From NCBI GenBank assembly GCA_000091205.1, contig AP006493.2: DNA of 64,000 bases, one strand, 5' to 3'. Shown piece after piece: positions 11,921 through 20,277 of the stretch. This DNA comes from Cyanidioschyzon merolae. Its lineage: Eukaryota. The translations under genes and the position numbers were made by a program. Positions within the stretch are counted from its first letter, which is position 1. Each line of letters starts with the position of its first letter. Under the pieces are notes generated by a model. That model did not search any database and had not been told where the DNA came from. It worked only from the letters and a program-made list of their open reading frames with translations.

Positions 11921-12232
11921 TTAACGGTCGGCGAAGAATGATATCACTGGTGCGAAGAACTCGTCCTTAGATCCGAGCACGTACGCCATGCGTTTGGCAA
12001 CAGACAATTCGCCTTCGACTGGGTTCAACCAGGAAGAATAGGCACGTACGAAGAGCACTTCGACGCCACTCTTGTCCGCGTATGCCTTGCCCGCTTTTGC
12101 CGAATGGAAGGCGACTTTGTCTAAGAGCAAAACAGAAGACTGTGCGAAGAAGCATACACGAGAAGTGCGTAGACGAAGGGCGCTGTGTTCTGCAGTCCTG
12201 TTCATTTGACCAGTTATAGACAATCTCTCCAT
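11921..12232 (-). mobile_element. decayed DDE transposase fragment (Tc1/IS630-like C-terminal region), copy 1
   Basis: Translation 'LLLDKVAFHSAKAGKAYADKSGVEVLFVRAYSSWLNPVEGELSVAKR' resembles the Tc1/IS630 C-terminal block (LDNAxxHxxKxVxxWL...xFLPPYSPDLNPIExxW). Not part of an intact ORF. Paralogous to 53810-54169. Confidence 0.55.
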
Positions 12233-14493
12233 GGAATCGCCTTTAGGGCTACACTCAACAGATTGGTCGCTTGTCTCTTCTTCATGAACAGCATTTCGCT
12301 ATTATATGCGTGGCAACAGGCAGGCCAACGATTGCTCCCGAATGAGATCTAATCGAGTCAGACGAGCCCCTGTCGCTCCTGTACTGAGCATTCGCGTTTC
12401 AATATAGAATCGTTAGTGTATTCTTCAATGCACGACGGTCCCTGATGGAAGCAGGTATTTTCGTTTTACAGGCATTCTGTAAATCTCTGTTCTAATTATA
12501 AAAGAAGCACCTCGCTGCGGGAATGGATGAATGCGACCAAGCTGCATGGACGCTCCATGTCGACTGATGGTTCGCTGAAGACAGATAGGGAGCCTCTTCG
12601 TGCCCTCTACAGCACAGACTGCAACTTACAGCCATGTGCTGTATTTTCGGTGTACCAGACTACGAGGCACAGCGCCCTGGATCCCTGGTCGATGCGTCCG
12701 AGCAGCGCCTGCTCAACAGCTCCGTACCCGTGCGAAACCTGGCTTGCTAGCACGTCCTGTGCTGCCCAAACTAGACGCTAGCCGAGCGGTGCTGAACACT
12801 TCAAGGAGCACTCGTTGCCTCGCAGGAAGCATGCGCTCGGACAGCAACGGTGATGGAATACGAGCTACTCGGACTCGTTCGCGGGCTTGGATCTAGAGCC
12901 CTGCACGTCGAAGAGTAGCAACCCATGCGGCCTTCTCATGTGGAAACCAAACTCCTGGAGCGGTGATTTCGTTTCCGTCTATAGAGACGGAACTTGGAAG
13001 AGGTCTGTGTTTCCCGGCGCAGTGATTATGGCATGGTGGAACCAAGAGAAGCGACAACTACTCCACTTCCCGATTAAAATCAAACACTGGATTGCGCGCT
13101 ATGCTCATGCCTTTGTGCTTTTTTTCGAACCGTTTCTAGATGCGAACTCTCTGTGCAGTCGAAGGAGAGTAACATGGTCTGGCTGTCTCATACATAGTTG
13201 CAGCATTCCCGGTTGTATTTTCGGAGTGGCACCTTCGGAGCTGTGCCCTTGAAATTCGATACGTCACCGGATTCAAGATCATTCGCGAGGCTGTCGAAAC
13301 AGGGATCGTCAAACAAGCGACTTGATCATTCAGTTCATACGGATAACGCTCCGTTCTTTTCCTTGCCTTACTTGAGGCACGCTCCAATCACCCACTCTTC
13401 AACTTCACTAACTTTCTGTTTTAAACCGATTCGTGGGCATAGCAAGTGGCGCCGTTGGGCACTCAACGAAGACTACTTGACGTCATTTATTGAGGACCTA
13501 TTCTCACGCCCGTGCCGAACGTGTATTGAATTTCTAATTTCAGATCATCAATTTCGTTCTAAAGGAAAATTCGTCTCTCTTTATGGTCATGGATAATGCG
13601 GCATTCGACGGCAGCCTGATTCCTCTCCTGGGGGCATGCGCTCACAGACTCCCGTCGCTTCTGTTTGCATGAAAATGGGCCTTGGACTCGGAATCGAGTA
13701 GTCGCAGCGATCGCATCGAGCGGAGATAGTGTCAGCAATTGCACGAAGAGCGCGTAGACGGGTCTGCATTGCCTCGACTTATTCCCCAGCCTGGAGTTTC
13801 CATCTGGTAGTGATTCATTATGGACGAAATCTCGTTCCACACACACGCTATCGAATGGAACAGCGTGCGCTTGCGTGTGCAGCGGACAGAGCGCTTGCCA
13901 CGGCGATCGACTAGAAAAAGTCCGTGATCGTAGTGTACGCGGCCAGGCGCAGAAACGGAAGAGGCATCCACCGGAGCCTTCTGTACTCGTCAAGAGCGTC
14001 TACAAAGCAATGAAGCAATCCTTCATGCACCTCAAGACGGCCCTCGATTGATGAGTTGTGTTGAATGCATACGGGAACACCTGGCCTATGCCAAATGTCA
14101 TCCCTGGGAAGGACGTTCTGAGGCCGTCCATAAACAAGGTGAAAATGTTAAGTGAATCGTAGATCGCAACTTTCGCCTGCGTATGAAGTGCTTCGACTGC
14201 AGCCGGAAGCTGTGTAAACAGGTCTTGTACGCTGCCACCGACATCCTTCTGCTACTGACAATGGAGCTGGACGGAGACACTGGTGTACTCAAGGCCGAAG
14301 ATGAGGGAAAGGGAGAGCAAAAAAGTCGCAGCCAGAGCCTCCAAACGCTGTTTTTGATGGCAATGGAAACAGACCCAAACTTTAGCTTGTATGCCCGTGT
14401 TCTGTGACCTGCCCTATATTTTTCTGACATGCGGTTTAGATGCAAAGGGCCAATGTTCGGTGTGTACGAATCGCTGTACTGCAAATGTGACTG

Positions 14494-14640
14494 AAAGAAA
14501 AACCAAGCGCGCTTCGAATGCGTTCTAACACGTGCTCATAGTCTCTGGTATGTATCCCCTCAACCGTGGACACTGTTCACTACTTGAGCATGGAAGAAAA
14601 ACCAAGCGCGCTTAGAATGCGTTCTCGCACATGTTCGCGA
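14494..14640. repeat. two copies of a ~47-bp direct repeat spaced ~98 bp (GAAAAACCAAGCGCGCTT[C/A]GAATGCGTTCT..)
   Basis: Copy at 14494-14540 is downstream of the ORF; copy at 14592-14640 covers the last codons of the 14580-15962 ORF. Confidence 0.7.
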
Positions 14641-15962
14641 ACTCTCTGGAGCGCATTCCTCATCACGCTGAGGATCACAACGAGAAATTTCGAAACGATC
14701 ACGCTGATAACGAGAGCGTAAAAGCCAACTAGCACGGAACGAGCTGGATTCACAGCGGTGCGACAACGCTCTGGGATGTGAAAATATCGGTGTAGGAACA
14801 CGTCTGCAACGGTATCAAACGCGAATTCGGTCACCAGACCACATATGAAAGATAGCAAAAAGCACACGGCAACTGACGCGGTGATCACCAGCGCGCGTAG
14901 TGCAATGTGCACCGCCCAAGACAAAGCGTGAAACTGAGCCTGCTCATCAACAGGATCTGTGAACCCGATTCGGTGTCGCGTGGCGTGCACGTCAACGACC
15001 GTGTCTATCAGTCCGAGTCGGGTCGCAGAGCGTTCATCACGCGTGCGCGCTGCCTGATCTGCATGATTCCGAACGATATTGCTTGAAAGCAGCGTCCTTT
15101 CGGTTCGTTGCACGACCCGTCGCATGAGCTGCTCATGCATTCGCATCGCAGCATTCGCTACCGCGACCAAGACGTGCCGAGGCTCGGCGTCAGCAAAGTC
15201 CGGATATGCGCAATCCAAAAGCAACCATTTTTCTCCTTCAACTCGGTCTATAACCGTGGACATACGTGGATCGTGCGGTGTCTGGGACCCTTCCTCCACT
15301 GCAGTGTTCGCCCATGGATCGGTCCATCGAAAATCAAAGCAAGCATTATCCTGGGTTTCCATACCCAACCATATCCATATAACCGCCTCCATACACTCGG
15401 TAGAATACATGTTTCCGCAGAGTTCGCATCGGAGCCTCTGCGCGCACCAATAGCTCCGGACGAAACTCGGACAACTGCTCACCAGTAACACACGTGGACT
15501 ACACAAAACAACCAACCATTCCGCTATAAACGCATAAAGCATCAGGTTCAATCGGTGCATGTGATTCCGACTCTCCTGAGTGGTGTGCGAAACCGAGCTC
15601 CACAGAGTCCGCGGAATGCCCGCACTGAAACCGCTGCAGCTGCCCTGGTCCTGCTCTGCTGTCCACAACGTGCAGTGCTTCTGGACTCGGCCACTATCGT
15701 CAGCATGCTCTTCCCACAGTGGCATTCTTCTCGTTGCGTCACAGTCACGATTCCGAGTCGCACTCTCCAGAACCCGCTGGGCTGCGGCGAGAACCCAGGG
15801 ATTCGGCCAAACACCCGTCGCGTAGCCCTGCTTGCGCAACCATAAAGCGAGACACTCGGCGTGGACGTGTGCAAGCGTCCCTCGACAACCACAGGCGCGG
15901 AATAGACGCTGCGTGCCTTCGTGAACCCCGCAAAGACACAGCCGGCAACTTGCTGCGTACAT
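14580..15962 (-). CDS. membrane protein with N-terminal degenerate RING-CH (MARCH-type) zinc finger
   Basis: N-terminus 'C-RL-C...C-G-C-RGTLAHV-H-AE-C-LALW' fits C-x2-C-x14-C-x-C-x7-H-x2-C of RING-CH, but the final C-x2-C pair is absent. Two predicted TM segments near the C-terminus ('VITASVAVCFLLSFICGLV', 'VLVGFYALVISVIVSKFLVVILSV'). The ORF is long (460 aa) but function is uncertain. Confidence 0.35.
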   Translation of the reverse strand: MYAASCRLCLCGVHEGTQRLFRACGCRGTLAHVHAECLALWLRKQGYATGVWPNPWVLAAAQRVLESATRNRDCDATRRMPLWEEHADDSGRVQKHCTLWTAEQDQGSCSGFSAGIPRTLWSSVSHTTQESRNHMHRLNLMLYAFIAEWLVVLCSPRVLLVSSCPSFVRSYWCAQRLRCELCGNMYSTECMEAVIWIWLGMETQDNACFDFRWTDPWANTAVEEGSQTPHDPRMSTVIDRVEGEKWLLLDCAYPDFADAEPRHVLVAVANAAMRMHEQLMRRVVQRTERTLLSSNIVRNHADQAARTRDERSATRLGLIDTVVDVHATRHRIGFTDPVDEQAQFHALSWAVHIALRALVITASVAVCFLLSFICGLVTEFAFDTVADVFLHRYFHIPERCRTAVNPARSVLVGFYALVISVIVSKFLVVILSVMRNALQRVREHVRERILSALGFSSMLK

Positions 15963-17746
15963 GGAGCGTCCGGTCGGCGACTGCCCTGCTGCAGCGGCTG
16001 CGCCCTGTGCGTTTCGAACCCCACCAGAGTCAGCACAAGAGCCTCCGCCGCTACTCTACTATCAACAGACACTTTTAGTCCTGCACCGGCACCCTACAAA
16101 AACTGCCTCAACTTGCAAAGTTACAATGATATGGAAAATGGTGAACATGATGATGCATGCGACGTGCACGAGATGCGTGCAGCACGCACGCACGCTGCAA
16201 CGTCGTAAACAGATCATCGCGATGACGGGCTCGATCTCTGTGCGCGACGTCGCATCGACGGTGTGCGTGCAGATGTCCACGTGGCAGCGGTGTGGTGCAG
16301 GGCACGGCATCCGCTGGATCGTACGCATCAGCGACGATCCACGAAGGGAAGTCCGGCAGGCGCACAGACCGCTAGCACTGCACTCTTGGGAGGTGGGAAT
16401 GGTGTGTTGTGGTTGACGCTTACCTCGGTGACGAGAGCGATTACGTACTGGGGAGCCCCGGCTAGACTCGACGATCCTTCACACAAAAGAAGAGGTTTTG
16501 GGTATAGGCTCGAACGGTGCGTTGAAGCGCACGAGCCGGAACGTGTCTATGCCAGTAGGAAGCAGTGAAAAGCGTTTAGCTGTGCGGCGGACGCCTCCAC
16601 TCTCCTGAAACTCGTTATAGTCCAGTAGATCCGTTCAGGAATAGCGGATCGATCGGTTTGACGCCCCGACCAGTGGCGTGCCCATTGTCATCGCTGTACC
16701 GAGGCAAGGCAGCTTGGAGAAGTCTTCAGAGATGTCTGCACGAGATGCGGGTAAGCTGGGACGGACCCGAGACGCGTCGCACATATGGACACTGACAAGC
16801 TGCGTAGGCAGGCTTGTCGGCATGACACAACGGATGCACGTGCGTGCGGCGACACTGCTGAATGGAGGGGTATCGCACCCGCCGCACGGGCGCGCCGCTG
16901 CAGTGCGAACCTCTTGCGAGAACTGAAGCGCGGAGGTTTCCAGATGTCCGCGAGTCTCAGGCAGCAGAGCGGGTTGCGTTGTATTGACCGCAACACGCAG
17001 TTGCTTCAAAAATCGCACTGTGGTTCTCAATTACTCCAGAACGTTCTCGTAACATCTGCGTATATGGAAAGACCTGTGAGCGCGTCTTGAAATCTTGCTG
17101 ATTCGCGACGAAGCGTTTGAGATCTCATTCATCACTCTTGGATGCCGTACAGGCTAGATCGCTGTACCAAGAAGTGACCTCAGCGCTGGTAGTGTTTCGC
17201 GGCCCGTGCTGAGATAACGAGAAGCTCGGGGCTGATCTCTAGCGAGCGAAGCTGCCTCTGCTGCGTCATTTCCGAAGCAACCCAGCTCATCCTCGTAAAC
17301 AACATGCATCAACTGTGGTTTCAGAACACACGAGTGCCGTTACTAAAGGCAAAGGTATGCACTTTGGCCACGGTCGACAAGCATCTCTCTCACTCTCTTA
17401 ACCTCGAATGGCAGTCCGAGGATGCCTTATCCGATGTTTGCCCGCGTGCCTAGTCCAGTGAATACGCAAGCAGGCTACCAACGACATCATTGTGTTTCAG
17501 CAGACGCTGCAGCACGCTTGACCCGGGAATGACGGCATGGCATCCGCTGAACTGTGCGAATGCAACCTTCGTCGGGCTAGCAACCCCCTTTGCCGCAGCA
17601 GGGCGTAACGTGCACTCCGAGGTAGCCTCAAGCGGACTCGGCGAGCCACCAGCGTCGAAGCTCAGAAAGAGGCCCGCACCTACGCATGGCATTGTTACCT
17701 TGAATAGTATCCGTCGCCGAGACTCCAGCAAAGTATCTCTCGCTAC

Positions 17747-18871
17747 TTATTCGCTCTTTGCGGTGCGTGGTGCCGCAGCGGAACCAGCCCCGAATCGGCT
17801 CAGTTGTGGATCCTCGAGCCCCAGCTCTCGAAATGCAGTATGCCTGATACGACAGGCGTCGCAGCGTCGGCACGGTTTCCCCGACTCATCTAACGGATCG
17901 TAACAGCTGTGCGTGATGGAGTAGTCCACACCGAGCGCCAGGCCTGTGCGAATGATCTCGGTCTTCGGCATCTGCAACAGTGGTGCATGGATTCGAAAGC
18001 GCCTTGCATCGGAAGGCGCCACACCAGCGCGGGTGCCCAGCTCGGCAACCCGCTCAAAAGCGTGAAAGAATTCCGGCCGACAGTCGGGGTACCCTGAGTA
18101 ATCCACAGCGTTTGCGCCGATGAAAATATCGTAAGAGCCCTGAACCTCGGCGAGGGCGAGCGCATACGCGAGAAATATCGTATTCCTCGCTGGCACATAG
18201 GTCAGCGGGATTGTTTCTGGGGTATGTTCCCAGACATCGTCGACGTTCGCTGCTTTGGGAACGGGTATATCGGGAGCTGTCAATGCTGATCCGCCAATAC
18301 TTCCGAGGTCAAGGCGGATCCAGTGCTGTCCAGTGACTTGCTGCGCTCGCGCTACGCGCCGTGCCGCTTCGAGTTCGCAGCGGTGCCGTTGCCCGTAATC
18401 GAAACTCAGGGCCTTGCAGATGAACCCTTGCGAGCGTGCAATCGCCAGCGTCGTTGCTGAGTCCAGACCACCGCTGAGCAGAACGATAGCGACGGCACCG
18501 TTTTGAACTCCAGCCTGTCCCTGAGCGAGACCTCTAGAAGCAGACCGTGGAGGTGTAAGGCTGCTCGCACCGCGAACAGACCCAAACCTCGAGTGCAGCG
18601 CCGAGCTGGCACGATCGGCGGTGAAGCGCGTGTTCAGGCCGGCCTGCAATGATAACACGTCGCCTGTGAAGCACACCGATGGGTGCTGATCACCGTTATT
18701 CCAAGTGCTTGTACAGCGTTTACCCAGCTGGTAAAGAGATACGTTCTGCAACTTGTGGCAGCGTTCGGCGTTTGCGGAACGGTATCGAGACGCCTCAGCC
18801 CATGGTCCCGTGCACTGCGTCGACCGCAACCACAGCCGACAAGCGGAGCGCAGTGCAACTGCACCGAACAT
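17747..18871 (-). CDS. queC: 7-cyano-7-deazaguanine synthase QueC (bacterial-type) with ~125-aa N-terminal extension
   Basis: '[19 protein letters not shown]' PP-loop, '[16 protein letters not shown]', '[10 protein letters not shown]', '[12 protein letters not shown]', and C-terminal zinc ligands '[22 protein letters not shown]'. This is collinear with E. coli QueC (SGGQDST...FDYGQRH...PGRN...SGYPDCRDEF...C..G..C.C..C..R). The extension is S/R/A-rich, presequence-like. Confidence 0.85.
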   Translation of the reverse strand: MFGAVALRSACRLWLRSTQCTGPWAEASRYRSANAERCHKLQNVSLYQLGKRCTSTWNNGDQHPSVCFTGDVLSLQAGLNTRFTADRASSALHSRFGSVRGASSLTPPRSASRGLAQGQAGVQNGAVAIVLLSGGLDSATTLAIARSQGFICKALSFDYGQRHRCELEAARRVARAQQVTGQHWIRLDLGSIGGSALTAPDIPVPKAANVDDVWEHTPETIPLTYVPARNTIFLAYALALAEVQGSYDIFIGANAVDYSGYPDCRPEFFHAFERVAELGTRAGVAPSDARRFRIHAPLLQMPKTEIIRTGLALGVDYSITHSCYDPLDESGKPCRRCDACRIRHTAFRELGLEDPQLSRFGAGSAAAPRTAKSE

Positions 18872-19134
18872 GTTCTCGATAGCTTCAGTGCACTACTACA
18901 AGCGTCACCAAAACCATTACCTTCAGAAGAAGCAACAACGTCACCAGAGGCTTCTGCCGTTTCTGCTGCACACCTTGCGTCCACGAACGCCTATAAAGCT
19001 ATTGCGGAGCGCGCGATCGTTAGATCAGGGCGCTGTGGAAGCGCACGAGCTCGAAGCCACTGCTTCGAAGCCGAGTTGTTGCTAGACCTCTCGGGTTTTG
19101 CTACCGCTGGACTCGGTTTGCGTCAACAGGCACA

Positions 19135-20238
19135 GTGAGGAAGCTGGTGCTAGATCACCTACCTCCTGGCGGTATGTGGACAGGATTGGTTGTTCCTGGT
19201 CAACAGTGGAAGAACACTGGAACAAGACGACGTTGCCGCAGGTGCTTAACTGGGTCGACACGAGCGGCTCTCGCGCAACCCTGGCAACGCCTCGTGCAGT
19301 GCCCGGTGCTGAAGCAACCCGCCAGGAACGCTCTGGCGGTGACTGCGACGCATCCGGCGCTTCGACGTGCGCTTGTCTCTGTGCTACTCGTGGGGCTATG
19401 TTTCACCAACGACAGCCGGGTGTACGCAGTTCCCGCTCACGAACCTGTGGAACAAACGGACTCGACCGAACGGAGCCAGGCTATCGAACGTGAGCTCGAA
19501 GCAAAGTTTACGCAAGCGCTACGCCTCACCGAACAAGCTTCCTGGGAAGAAGCGGACAAGGCATGGAGTGCAGTGTTGGCCTTGGACCCGGACAACGGAG
19601 CCGCGCTCTCGAACCGAGGTCTCGTTCGCTTGTCGTTGCATCGCCTGGACGCAGCGCTCGCAGACCTCCAGCAGGCCGTCGAACGCTCACCCGCTGAGCC
19701 GGTCCTTCACGAGAACCTCGGTCTCGTCTATGAAGCCCGTGGTGAATGGGAACCAGCGCTCGAAGAGTATACAAAAGTTTTACAGAGCGTTCCAGCAAGC
19801 GCGACGGCCTTGATAAACAGGGGAAACGTGCAGGTCTCGCGCGGAGCGTACGCTGAAGCGCTTGCAGACTACCAGGCGGCTGCAGACGCGGAAACTGGTC
19901 TGGCTGCTCCACGCGAAAAAATGGCCCTGGTTATGGCACAGCTGGGACGTTCTGACGACAGTATTCAGATCCTGCGTCAGGTGGTACGCAAGTATCCAAC
20001 ATATGCCGAAGCGCATGCAGCGCTTGCAGCGGTGCTCTGGGGCGCAAAACATGACTTTCTCAGTGCCGAGGATCAATGGGCCCGTATTTCGAACAACGAA
20101 TTACGGGAGGAGATGTCGGAACTCGAAAACCTGCGCATCTACTCCCGATGGCCACCGCGTATGATTGAATACCTGCGCGAATTCTTGAACTTGGAGACCG
20201 CAAATCAGGAGATCGAGTCTGCCGGTTTTGTGCTCTAG
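19135..20238 (+). CDS. TPR-repeat protein with N-terminal presequence and hydrophobic segment (cyanobacterial-type)
   Basis: Consecutive TPR units ('AWSAVLALDPDNGAALSNRGLVRLSLHRLDAALADLQQAVERSP', 'HENLGLVYEARGEWEPALEEYTKVLQSVP', 'ALINRGNVQVSRGAYAEALADYQAA', 'AEAHAALAAVLWG'). Preceding hydrophobic 'LVSVLLVGLCF' and a basic N-terminus. Confidence 0.6.
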   Translation: MRKLVLDHLPPGGMWTGLVVPGQQWKNTGTRRRCRRCLTGSTRAALAQPWQRLVQCPVLKQPARNALAVTATHPALRRALVSVLLVGLCFTNDSRVYAVPAHEPVEQTDSTERSQAIERELEAKFTQALRLTEQASWEEADKAWSAVLALDPDNGAALSNRGLVRLSLHRLDAALADLQQAVERSPAEPVLHENLGLVYEARGEWEPALEEYTKVLQSVPASATALINRGNVQVSRGAYAEALADYQAAADAETGLAAPREKMALVMAQLGRSDDSIQILRQVVRKYPTYAEAHAALAAVLWGAKHDFLSAEDQWARISNNELREEMSELENLRIYSRWPPRMIEYLREFLNLETANQEIESAGFVL

Positions 20239-20277
20239 GTATCGCGAATGCACGAGTGCGTTCTAGACAGAACGCCG

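Noticed and set aside
15990-16020. GGGGTTCGAAACGC motif (T-loop-like) checked as possible tRNA
   Set aside because: Flanking bases do not form a 5-bp T-stem or acceptor stem. No tRNA could be folded by eye here or at 53869-53882 (GGGATTCGAACAAC, inside the transposase relic).
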